A DNA stretch of 62,654 nucleotides, filler included, from Phoronis australis (taxonomy: Eukaryota; Animalia; Phoronida), in assembly GCA_002633005.1 (NCBI GenBank). It is 4 parts of 4 records of this genome, joined end to end, with 100 filler letters (N's around TTAATTAATTAA, not from the genome) between each part and the next. Parts side by side here need not be neighbours in the genome. Positions count along the whole stretch, not along the records: positions 33,452 to 58,991 come from NMRA01000423.1; positions 59,092 to 62,654 come from NMRA01001352.1; 2 more parts are not named here. The stretch is one strand, 5' to 3'. The translations under genes and the position numbers were made by a program. This document shows positions 51,201 to 62,654 of this stretch, one piece after another. The notes beneath the pieces were generated by a model. That model was not told the DNA's origin, searched no databases, and worked only from the letters and a program-made list of their open reading frames with translations. Numbering within the stretch: position 1 is the stretch's first letter; each line of letters begins with the position of its first letter.

Positions 51201-54200
51201 TAAGTTGTTACACTCTCCAATATCAAAACTTTCTCCAAGGCAATACTGTCCTCCGTGATTGGGTGTGGGGTTGTCACATTTTCTCAAACGTTTTCTTTGA
51301 CCTCCTCCACACGTCTCAGTGCAGTCCGTCCAAAAAGACCACATAGACCAGCCTCCATCAACTGGACAGCTGTGCATATTGCACTGTTTATAGTCTGTGG
51401 AGTTGCCGTAGCAATTATCGCCACCGAATGCAGGTAACGGGTTATTACATATACGAGTACGTTTCTGCTTACCGCCACCACAGGATTGGGCGCACCTGTT
51501 CCAGTACGACCACTCAGACCAATGTCCGTTTACTGGACAACTGAAGGTATTACATTGTATTGACTCTTCTGATTTACCCTGGCAATTTCTACCTCCATAA
51601 CGTGGAGGTGGATTGTTGCAAAGTCTTGTACGAGTTTGTAGACCACTGCCACACGTCACAGAACACACAGACCATTTTTGCCAATTTGACCACTCGCCGT
51701 CTACTGGGCAGTTATGCGAGTTGCAGCATCGGCTTTCACTGAAATTTCCTGAACAATTTTTGCCACCAAATGCAGGAAACGGATTGTCGCACCTTCGTGC
51801 GCGCATTTGGCGTCCTTCACCGCAACTGAGAGTGCAAGTTTCCCAAGGTGACCAAACTGACCAATGCCCGTCTACGGGGCAAGTGAAATTATTACATTGC
51901 TTTAGTTCAAATGCTTCACCTCTACAGTAGTGCCCACCGTGCTTTGGAGCAACACAGGTTCTTACGCGAGACTGTTTTCCACATTCGCAAGTTTTAGAAC
52001 AGTGGGTCCAGTTTCCCCATGGTCCCCATACACCATCAATGGGACAAGGAAATGAATTGCATTGTCTAACCTCGCTGTCTCTTCCTAAACAAAATCGACC
52101 GCCATATGCAGGAGACGGGCTCTGGCACTTCCTTTGCCGGTATTGCTTTCCTCTTTCACAAGAGGTTGAACAAATGCTCCAACCAGACCAAGCATTCCAC
52201 AGTCCATCCACTGGGCAGGAGAAGTTGTTACAAACAGCGAGTTCAAAGGGTTTACCAACACAATAAATCCCGCCATGAAGTGGTTGAGGGTTATTACACA
52301 ATCTTGATCTAGTCGCATGTCCACCGCCACATGTTCGTGAGCACATTGTCCAATTTGACCAGTCTGACCACTGGCCATTCACTGGGCAATCGAATTCATT
52401 ACACACTCTTCTTTGGTTTCTTTTCCCTGAGCAAATTTTTCCACCGTGTTTGGGTGACGAATCATTACAAAATCTCTGTCGGATCTGATGTCCCCCAGCG
52501 CAAGACGTAGAACACACCGTCCACGTTGTCCAACGTGACCATTTACCATCAATAGGGCAGCTAAAATTGTGGCATGTATAAACCTCAAATGAAGAGGAAT
52601 TACAGAATCTACCGCCTTGGCTTGGAATTGGATTGTTGCACACTCTTGAGCGAGTCCGGGTTCCTCCTCCACACGACACAGAGCACATAGTCAAGTTGCC
52701 CCATTCTGACCATTGACCGTGAACAGGGCATCCTCCTTGAGAACAACTCTCCGTTTCTCGATTACCACCAGGGCAGTACAGCCCGCCATGGGCAGGAGAG
52801 GGTTCGTTACACATTCGCATGCGGGTCTTCACGCCATGTCCACAAGATGAGGAACAAAGACCCCAGTGTGACCATTCTGACCACTGTCCGTCAACTGGAC
52901 AATCACGGACGTTACACGGTCGTGCAGCATACATCGGTCCTTCACAGAAATCGTCGACGGCGTCAGGTGGCGGGTTATTACAAAGCCGTGAACGAATTTG
53001 ATGTCCTCTCCCACACGTAGTCGAACATGACATCCAATTTCCCCAGGTCGACCAGGCTGGAAAAAATTAATGTCTGCCTAACACACAAAGAATGCTGACG
53101 AATGAGAGTTTGCACTACAGACATCTTATGAACATTAAACCATCGTCAAACCATGGATCTGCTTTATGTTGGTAACAAGATCAGAGTATTCATGCTTAAT
53201 ACATGATTAATACTCAGTGGTATATAATAGGAAATCGCGTGTGACAATGGAAATGTGTAGACAGTGGTCAGGGTGTCGTGTATGGCTTCGTATAGGACCG
53301 ACGAAATTCCAATCTATTTCAAGATGTTTGTGACCTCAGTGCCTATTATTGATGATATGCCATTTGAACCATTTTAGGTTTTGTGTAACCAAGTGACACC
53401 CAGATTGGACATTAAATTTCGAAGGCGAACAAATATCGACTCAGAAACAGTCTCAAACGGCAAATGGAAACACAGTAAATCAATTAAGTTGCGGAGCGTT
53501 TCATGAGTAGACGGGGCAGATTCCAAATGTAAGCTAAATCTATATTTCTTAACCATGTAAAGGAATCTTCTCATGGAAAAATCCATGCTTTGGAACGGTT
53601 GCTGGTCATGTGAAGAACATACCCTGGCAGCCCTTAGCCCTGCAGCGTTGGGTTGTCGAGTTGCTTCCTATACATGAGGCGCCACCATAGGCGGGTGCAG
53701 GATTGGTACACGTGCGCATAGCAGTCTGTGATCCAAATCCACAGGTTACAGTGCACGATCCCCAAACACTCCAGTCAGACCAACTGCCATTCACTGTAAT
53801 TGCAGCGTGTGGAAAGATGAACTGAAGAATTAAAAGTGTCGAAAAATTCTTGTTCGCTTTTACGTTCGCTGGTCATTTTTACAATGGCATGACAATAATG
53901 TAGCTTTAATGTTGTCTTTCAATAAGTTATATAGGTTACACTGTAGACTGGAGAGATTAGAAGAATATAAGATACACCTTTATTACCCGGAATGAAACAC
54001 ACAAAAGGAAAAATCGCTAGTTTTTGAACTTGTGCAGCTCGTCGTCAGGTGATCCCAGAATCAATGGAGGCATGCGCGCATAATAACCGGGACATCCTCT
54101 GGGATATTGGGCGTTTGCTTAATTACTTCTAATTAGCATTTCATCGCCCTTCCTCTTCCTCTCGTGTTGGTGTCGATATATTTTTCGTGCATGCCCTTTC

Positions 54201-57200
54201 TGCAGTTTCTGTTGTCTTTATACATACCTGACGAAAAGCTGTACAGTGCATGTAGACTACATGCTTGAAAACTAGATTGTTCATTTTAGTGTTTTATTCT
54301 AAAAAATAAATGTTCATTTATACCACATTTCATTTACATTTTCTCTCTCAATGCAGCCTTATTTACAAACGTAAGAATTGTGATCCACCTCCGCAAGTTA
54401 CACTACAAGACTCCCTACTAATCCAGGCTGACCAGTAAATATTGACCACTGTAAATATTACTGGTAACTCATTGAAGACTGTTAAAAGAGGCCTAGAACG
54501 GGATAAACAGACTAAATTGCAATATTGAAATTAGTTTTCTGCAACTGAAACAGAATTACATGTAAGCCTGCTCACCAGGTATTTGCATGGTTAGTTTGTA
54601 AATATTTTTAATTTGTGTTGATGTCAAATCATTTTCGTTAAGTTTAAAATTCAAAAAACGACCTGTCAACTGCTTGTCACTTCGTCGATTTTTCTCTCAC
54701 AAAGCAAAGCACATCTCCTTATTTGGTGAGGCAAGAAAGACATAGACGTAGCATATTTCCTTTATATAGGAAATGAGACCTTTGACCTCAGGTGACTTCA
54801 AGCAACTTACTGGGAGTGCAAGCGCGCTTTTGTCATAAGTGGGAGGGAAAATAGAAACTCTGTGGTAACCACAGAGTTTTTACTTTTTCGCGAGTGTTTC
54901 GAAAACCTTAAAAATTCCAATTTAATATAAATGTAACACAGTAATACGCTTCATTGAAATATATACGGTGAAAAGTCTTAAAATACAAAAAAAATTGGAG
55001 CAGCCTCTCTTGACGACAGAATTCTTACTCTCTTTAACTGTCTTTAACTGTTGCTGGCTTAATGATAGCAGGCTACAATGGCCATGTCCCGCCCGAATGG
55101 AAACTAAGAGCAGTACCTGAGATAAAATTGTACAAGGAAAACAAGAGACAACATGCGGTGCACTCCGTGAGCTGCACATTCTTACAACGGTTTTTACAAG
55201 CAATAAAAAAAGACTAATACTGCTAACTTGAGAGTATTGTGTCAAATTTGCCGAGATGCAGTGTTATCGACAACATCATGTCCAGTAAAATGGTCTTGAA
55301 GTGCTCTCGAAATTCATGGAGAGTTGCAGGCTTAAACAACATGCCGTGTAGCCGAGGACACATCGCATGCGTGTACTGGAACGGTAAAGACAAGTGAATT
55401 CATAAAAATCTAGCCAATGGTGGCATTTTCTGGAGGCTTGACTAGAGTAGTGCACCGAGAGTTCTGCTAGTAGACAGGATCATGGATTTTGTCTACTGGT
55501 TTCACAACTTAGGCACCCTGTCGTGCAACTATACGTTCGTCACAAACCTAGTCTCTCGATACACTCTTCATATAATCAATCTTAGTGCTCCCAGTGCTGG
55601 CATTGGTATCAGTACTCAAATCAGATCTAGGGACAAACATTTTCCAATCAGAAGATATTTGGTCCGCCTACTTAAGGCAATTAATGAGAATAGCTACTGC
55701 GAAAAGTTCTGAGTACTCACTGTCAGCATACAAGCAAGCATCAATGTCTTGGTTTGTGATGGACAAAAGTACGGAAATCTCTGTCGCTTTGATGTACCGG
55801 GACATCAGAAAAACTGCCGTTTTTCGCAGACAAGCCACATGTAATATTTTTCACCTCAAAGAAGATTTAATTAAACATTCATAATAAGCCCCACTTTGTT
55901 CGCCGTTCACTTTTCAGTTTCTCTATATACACTGTATGGAGGAACAACCAAGAAACTGTGGGAGCAAATGAAAGTAGAACTTTAATAAAGTTCTTCAGTT
56001 ACACCAATTACACGCATTTCAATTAGTAATGCATTTTACTCCCTAAAATTCCGTTAAAGAATACTCCATCATGTTTTACGAGAAAAAAATGCACATTTGG
56101 GTTAAGATTTTTTAAACATCATTGAATTATTAAATAAGAACGCTGCAACATTAGATGGCTTCCGAAAGATTTCGACTTGATGACTGCGTATTACGTTTTC
56201 ACTTCATCAATAAGGGGATCTTCAATAAGCCGTGCAACGTTCTCTGGATTTTCAGAAGGGGTTAGGCAATGGATTGTAACTTTATTAATCCAGACCCACG
56301 AACCTTTTTTCAATAAATAATTGAAGCTGTGCATTAGAAATGGATACCTATGCAGACATTCGAAACTTGGAATTCACCCTGATTGCCATCCAAACCTACT
56401 GATAGTGTTGTCTATACAACAAGCAACACTGTCGTGTACTGTAGTTGCAAACTAACAGTACAAGGTACATGAACGTGTAAATCAGCAGTCAACAATTTAC
56501 TAAAAGCCTGAATCTATCTTATTTAAATTCATCGATTTTTAACAAGATGTTGGATAAAAACTAACCAGGGCATCTCCTGCTATTACAGTTTTGATTTTTC
56601 GAGCCACTTCCGGAACACGAAGTGCCGCCATAAGCAGGTGAAGGATTGGTACACGTCCTTGTCGCCCTCTGCGACCCGCCTCCGCAACTTGCACTACAAG
56701 GTCCCCATCTACTCCAGGCTGACCAGCCACCATTCACTGTAAGTATAACGTGTTCATTAATGATTAAACAAAACAAGGCAAACGCATGTAAACATATCGT
56801 AACATGAAGGTTTGATGTAAAGTACGTGCAAGCATTGTTGACTTGATTGCCCCAAATCCATGCTGTTTAGAATGAATTTGCTGGATTTCCCTTGTGTATA
56901 AGCAATTCCAAAATCAGTTGATTGTTAATGATTTTGGTTACTTTGTAATGCCTGTTTAGTAAGTACGTTGATTCGCACGAGTTTTTGGACAAAGAAACGG
57001 CAAAGTAATTATGCATTGCCTCAGACTGAGTTCAAAAACTTTTGAACAATTGACATTTCAGCAGCCAAAAATGAGGGCTTGAGGAATTTTAAACATAGTG
57101 TGATCACTGGTATATCCAGTTTGTGAGGGTATCAATTTGTGACCACACCTATACGAATAAACTATAAGAATATATGAAATGTATACCTAAGCAGACATTC

Positions 57201-57564
57201 GAAACTTGGAATCCACCCTTATTGCCATCCAAACCTACTGATAGTATTGTCTATGCAACAAGCAACACTACCGTGTGGTTGCAAACATACAAGGTACATG
57301 AACATGTAAATCAGCAATCGAAAATTAACTAAAAACCTGAATCCATCTTATTTAAATCGATCGATTTTAAAAAGATGTTGGTTAAAAAGTAACCTGGGCA
57401 TCTCCTGCTAGTACAGTTTTGATTTTTCGAGCCACTTCCGGAACACGAAGTGCCGCCATGAGCAGGTGAAGGATTGGTACACGTCCTTGTCGCCCTCTGT
57501 GTCCCGCCTCCGCAACTTGCAGTACAAGGTCCCCATCTACTCCAGGCTGACCAGCTACCATTCA
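48131..57564 (-). CDS. Type-I transmembrane protein with at least 24 thrombospondin type-1 repeats, 5'-incomplete. Exons 57564-57394, 56736-56566, 53793-53623, 53056-49238, 48230-48131
   Basis: WxxWxxW-CSxTCGxG-RxRxC repeats; phase-1 GT-AG introns join in frame; a hydrophobic TM exon follows. No signal-peptide exon was identified and the cytoplasmic tail is unresolved. Confidence 0.85.
49238..53056 (-). CDS. Giant 3819-bp exon with 21 TSRs plus one degenerate TSR
   Basis: Acceptor ttttttccag|CC TGG; donor AAAG|gtaccc; repeats counted in the 1309-aa ORF. Confidence 0.95.
53623..53793 (-). CDS. Single-TSR exon (171 bp, phase 1-1)
   Basis: attacag|(V)[20 protein letters not shown]...RAKGCQ|gtatgt. 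Confidence 0.92.
54363..54448 (-). pseudogene. Decayed TSR pseudo-exon
   Basis: atttacag|(V)[27 protein letters not shown]; truncated, with a stop and no donor. Confidence 0.75.
56566..56736 (-). CDS. Single-TSR exon (171 bp, phase 1-1)
   Basis: cttacag|(V)[20 protein letters not shown]...NSRRCP|gttagt. Confidence 0.9.
57394..57564 (-). CDS. Single-TSR exon (171 bp, phase 1-1), duplicate with a weaker donor
   Basis: cttacag|(V)[20 protein letters not shown]...TSRRCP|gttact. Confidence 0.78.
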
Positions 57565-58049
57565 CTGTAAGTATAACGTGTTCATTAATGACTAAACAAA
57601 ACAAGGCAAAAGCATATAAAAATATCTTAACATGAAGGTTTTGATGTAAAGTACGTACAAGCATTGTTGATTAGATTGCGCCAAATCCATGTTGTTTGGA
57701 AAGGTTTTGCTGGATTTCCCTAGTGTATAAGCAATTCCAGAGTCAGTTGATTGTTATTGATTTTGGTTAGTTTGGGATGCCTGTTTAGTAAGTACGTTGA
57801 TTCGCACGAGTTTTGGACAAATAAACGGCAAATTAATTATGCATTGCCTCAGACTGAGTTCAAAAGCTTTTGAACAATTGACATATCAGCAGTCAAAATG
57901 AGGGCTTGAGGAATTTTAAACATAGTGTTGATCACTGGTATATCCAGTTTGTGAGGGTATCAATTTATGACCACATCTTTACGAATAGACTATAAGAATA
58001 TATATTTCAAAACAATTTCTAGAAAAGCACATCTACATGGCACAACTAT

Positions 58050-58991
58050 GAAGGTTATCACCTGGGTTAGTGCCCTACACTTGAGAAGGGGAGGGGAGAG
58101 TGAGAGGGAGAGGGAGAGAGAGGTGGTGTGGGAGGTGGGAAGGGACGGGGAGGGGAAGGGGAGGTGTAGAAAGGGGAGAGCTAAGGAGAAATATTACGGT
58201 CAGAACACTCTGATGTGCAATCACAGTGATTATTTTGGAAGGATTCCAAATAAAACCCGCTTCACATTCCACTCAATAGCAGATCACAGTACACTATGCT
58301 GTGTCCGGTATGAGTATATGGTCGACCCGGATCATGAACACAAGCGGTACAATAAGACCCTTTATCACGATCCACCTCACTCATCGGTGCTTATGGAAGA
58401 CAAAGAACTTGGGTACTTATAAAGTGACAACCAGGAATAGGCTGGGAGACAACCTGGAGAGGCAGGTGGCAGCTGGAGAGACAGCAGACAGCTGGAAAGA
58501 CAGCAACCAAACCGCCGGAAAGGCTAGCAACCTACCTCCGGTGTAATGTCAAGTGCTACAAGTAACCATACGAGAGAATACCCTCAGGGTCCTCCGAGAG
58601 GGGGGGAGGATGAAGGACCCAATGATCAGATTACGACGATGATGACACGGCAACGAACAAGGACAATGAGATTGAATATCGACAACACGAGAGTTTGTGT
58701 TTGTGGCAAAGTATGCAAGAATGTACGAGGTGTCAGAATACATCAAGGGAAGATGAAATGTCTTCAACGGCAGCGCTTAGATGGTACAGCAAGTACTTCT
58801 AGTCAGACGAATGAAGGTAGTAGCCGGGGAGGAAACCACAGAGCTACTGTATTCAATGCCAGTGAAGAGAAAGAGGCTGATGCGACTTATGCTTTGGCCC
58901 AGACACAGACTCAAGCTTCAATAGTAGAGATGTCAGCAGTCACCACTGACGAGGTATTCCTGGAAGAAAGAGAGCAGAGGGCTGAGTTCAC
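58050..58991 (+). mobile_element. 5' end of a HERO/NeSL-like (restriction-like endonuclease) non-LTR retrotransposon; ORF from 58546 runs into the gap
   Basis: N-terminal zinc finger CVCGKVCKNVRGVRIHQGKMKC is typical of HERO-clade elements; purine-rich leader. The left boundary is approximate. Confidence 0.75.
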
Positions 58992-59091
58992 NNNNNNNNN
59001 NNNNNNNNNNNNNNNNNNNNNNNNNNNNNNNNNNNTTAATTAATTAANNNNNNNNNNNNNNNNNNNNNNNNNNNNNNNNNNNNNNNNNNNN
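58992..59091. other. Assembly gap with TTAATTAATTAA linker
   Basis: 100-nt N run containing the linker. Confidence 0.97.
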
Positions 59092-59774
59092 ACCCATAGA
59101 GCACTGTGGCACCAAAGAAAATTGGTTACCTTTTCATGCCCAAAAAAGCTCTGGGATCCCGGTCTATACTACCTATTACGCAACTGGTACTCTAGCCTAA
59201 AAATAGCAGCCGACCGGTCGGCTAAAGGGTCGGCTGAAGGGTCGGCTGTGTGGTCGCCTTATGAGTCGGCACTGCGGGCGGCTGCCAGTCGGCTAATTTT
59301 TAGCCGAGCGGTAGGCTAATTTGCCGACCGGTCCGTCGACCAATTTCCGACCGGGCGGACAAAATTTCGTGATGTGTGCTGTATGACATGAGTACTGGAA
59401 ACTAAACAAAAAACGAAATAAAAATATCGTTGCCAATGTTTCTTAATAGACCCTGAAATTTTGTACCTGGGTAGAACATTTAAATCACAAAAAATCTCGA
59501 ACTTGCCACGATATACATGTGTATTTGGGATTAGGAAAGCAATATACACTACATATGCATGCCTCATTTTGGTTACCGGTTGCAATACACCAGTTGAGGT
59601 TCTTTACGGTTAAATACGAGACAACTTTTAAATTCGTTCTCAAAACATTCAAAATATGTCGAGTCCAATAGCAAAACTGCATTTTCTGTAAACACTGTAT
59701 TTTTGTCAATTTTACAATAAACTTCGGAATACTTTCTTTTATTAACTAAAAATGATAAGAACCCCCTTACAAAA

Positions 59775-60010
59775 ATGAACTTAAGTTTTTCGCTGAAAAC
59801 TTAAGTTTTTCAGAAAACTTAAGTTTTTTCAAGTGTAAAACTTAAGTTTTCACAAATAAACTTAAGTTTCAAGTAATAACTTAAGTTTTCATGAAAACTT
59901 AAGTTTTTTGTACTAACAAAACTTAAGTTTTCCTGACTTCTTAAGTTTTTCAGAAAACTGGATTTTTTCATTTGTGGAAAACTTGAATTTTCAAAAAACT
60001 CTAAGGTTTC
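59775..60010. repeat. Array of the palindrome AAAACTTAAGTTTT at ~20-bp spacing
   Basis: About nine clear copies plus degenerate ones. Confidence 0.9.
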
Positions 60011-62654
60011 TTTGTGATGAAAATTTACGTTTTCAAGTTTTTAAAATTTGAATATTGTGAGATATTTAATTTTTGGTTCGAAAATTTTCCCATTATTTTC
60101 CAACAAAAAATTTTTGTATGCTCATGCAAAACCCATCATCTCAAAAATGTTGCCCGAATGTTTCCTTAACATTTATATAGATACAAATACCATAAAACGA
60201 CAAACGTTTAACCTGTTCAGTACAGAATTAGTGCAGTTATGTAATCATTACGGCACGTTCTTTGTGAATTTAAATGTAGATGAACATCCGGTGACCAACA
60301 GCAGTGAAAATGCACCCAATGTTAATCCCCTGAGACACTGACCTGTTCAGTACAATGTAATAAATTGAACTCATGCAATTCTTAAAAAAACATAGTTATT
60401 GTGCAAGTTTCCTTTGTGTTGAGTTGTATTCGTAAGGCAGTTTCCACCGGAAGTCAGTTTGAATTTTAAAACCGACAGTCAATTTCGATGAAAAAGTCGT
60501 GTGTTGGCTAGCCCGCGACAATGAAGTTTATATTAGTACGAGCAGAGTCAGCAAGAAGACATTTCAGAAGTTTTGGAAGTCAGGTTTGTGCCAGAGAGCG
60601 TTCTAAAATCGATTGGCCACAATCGGTGCTGTGATTTCCAACGAACGTGTTAAGTTCAGTTGTTTGTCAGCCACTCACGAGTCACGCTGTCACATACCGA
60701 CATGGATTCATTCTGTGTGTGAATTATTTAAACTTCTAACGCGTAATATACTTCTGGAGGTCCATCAGGGGAAGCCATAACGTTCACTTAAGGCTATTAC
60801 TCTATTATATTTCTGTCTCCTGAAGTTGTGTCAGTGTGATCAATGCAAGGGGGGGGGACTACCAAGGCAAAGTGTAATCACCTCCCAAGTTGGGTATATT
60901 GGCATTGGTTGTGTGTGCTTATGTCTATGTTCGTAGTAATTCTTAGAAGCTCCTGATTTTGAAATCTCATATCACTACAGGTCAATAATTTGCAAGGTTC
61001 ACTTGCCTCATCCTTGCATCAATCCTAAAATATGGGGGGTGCTCAAATTTTTGGGCATGTTGACCTTTTACTAAAAAAACGTGGTATGTTCAGAGCTGTG
61101 CACAGTGCATTCCTGAATTACAGATTTTTACTGGACTCGTGTCTCGTTTTTTCAATTCTTTTTGTTTCTATGAGGCTGACCTTTTCATGCCAACTTCGGC
61201 AGGTGGGGGGTGCTCGTTCGAGCCTCCCCTTGGTGCGCTTATGTGCCTGGTTCTCAAAATTAAGAATAACCAATGTAACTATTGTATTGCCTATTTTGAC
61301 TGATTTGCTCAGGTTTGTCGGGAGGATCTAGGTTATTGAATACGAAAGGACATCCGGATCCCACTACTAGTAGTACCCTATCTGGAATTTACCCCTGGCA
61401 TAGGTCACAATGTACCCAAGTGAACTCTCACCAGTCAACATGTCAACTATTGTTAAGCCCAGTGAAACTTGCATAATTCCTATCTAATTGCACCAAATAA
61501 TTCAATGCAAATAAGGAAAATCTGTGTGATTTGACTTTGGGATTGAGTATGTGCTTTCAAATTTTTACCGGGTTGTGCAATACTAGAATGTTGCAAAAGT
61601 TTGCATATTCACATTCAATGCGAGTTCGACTGGTTTTATTGAAATCAATTATTTCAGTGTCATGGTGAAAGACAAGTGATAGTTAATCTGGGTACAACTT
61701 TACCTAGGAGTTGAGTTGAGTTGAGTTGAATATCGACTGACTAGAATGATCTCCCCATGTCTGTAGGGACATATTCTTTTCCCTCTAGAAATTTGCTTGG
61801 AACCTCAATTTAATATCTTTGAAAATGTCAGCCAGTAAAGTGATTGGTAGGAGTGCAGGATATAGTGTTTTTATGTTTACTGTAGTACATGAGATAATAA
61901 TTTTATTTTTACTGTAAACTATAATGGTTACGTAAGACTTCTCGTGAAGACCATGCCAGTATCTTCAATGGTGGATTCAGAGGACAGCTAAGGGGCCATG
62001 GCCCCGGCCCCATAAAACGCTACAAGATCAATTGGCAGTTGGGGGGCAGGGGGTGAATGTCTGATGGGCAAAACCCTACTCTGCCCCAACCCCCCCAACT
62101 CAAAATCCTGGACCCCCCACCACCCCTGATCTTTACATAGATAACATTCCCTGTGAATGGGTTATGTCTGGAATCTTAAGAAGCTATCACATACTGTTAT
62201 GTTTGCTAATATCTCATTGTTTTCAGGTCTCTATTAACTTGACGGAGTACTTGGAAGAACTAGACATCCAAACATTTGCATCGAAACAATCACCCAGGGG
62301 TGGTATTGGGCTGTTTACATCGACATGGCAGGTAGAGCTCCATATGTTTCATTGTTGAGCTAAAAATAGTGCTGCTATCAGGGTTTGAATTTGAAACAAT
62401 ATGAAATATGTCCTTAGTTTAGCCAATGGGCTTATAATCTTTAACAAGCTCAATGATTCAATAAGCCATTTGGTCAAGTCAATGTAAAGCTTCTTGGTTT
62501 TGCTATAAGTTTCAAAAAGTACGCGCCGAAGTATACATGTCAGATTAAACTTTCAGTTCTAACCCTGGTTGTGCCGGCTAAATGTCCATGAAACATTAGT
62601 GAGAAGTTCTATGCTGGCTGGAGACAGCTAGTTAGAATACAACTAGCTCTGCTC

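Larger units (their letters stand above)
56343..58003. repeat. ~830-bp tandem duplication, each unit carrying one TSR exon
   Basis: 56343-57181 aligns with 57182-58003 through both exon and intron. Confidence 0.92.

Noticed and set aside
49176-53014. Many overlapping alternative-frame and antisense ORFs over the TSR exon
   Set aside because: Shadow ORFs of a long Cys/Trp/Ser-rich coding exon with no independent motifs.
25219-59091. TTAATTAATTAA motif recurring inside three N runs
   Set aside because: Artificial six-frame stop scaffold linker, not biology.
59775-60010. CRISPR-like palindromic repeat array
   Set aside because: Repeats are 14 bp with spacers of only a few bases, there are no cas genes, and the context is eukaryotic.
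61300-62360. Possible exons near the window end, including a candidate TSR-gene first exon (MQVSLGLTIVDMLT|gtgaga, minus) and a plus exon at about 62228-62330
   Set aside because: Weak signal-peptide character and no domain evidence.

Overview
This is AT-rich, intron- and transposon-rich animal genomic DNA. A marine invertebrate is inferred from the gene content; the species cannot be determined here. Three 100-nt scaffold gaps carry a TTAATTAATTAA linker. Two host genes lie on the minus strand. (1) A 6-exon gene at 42619->16057, assembled by hand from splice sites and phases and missed by the ORF track. It encodes a predicted ~372-aa secreted protein: a signal peptide, four copies of a small 4-Cys module I do not recognise (each split across an exon junction), and a C-terminal mytilectin/ricin-B-like beta-trefoil lectin domain. 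Its module exons have been locally duplicated and rearranged. (2) A 5'-incomplete type-I membrane protein with at least 24 thrombospondin type-1 repeats (TSR). About 21-22 of these sit in one 3.8-kb exon and the rest in single-repeat 171-bp exons that are being duplicated and lost. The remainder is transposon-derived: a deleted Mag-type Ty3/Gypsy element with LTRs, PBS, PPT and TSD; a HERO-like non-LTR 5' end; remnants of THAP/P-like, Kolobok-like, Penelope, Tc1/mariner and CR1/L2 elements; MITEs and satellites. No prokaryotic features (no CRISPR, no operons). All family assignments come from motif recognition, not database searches.
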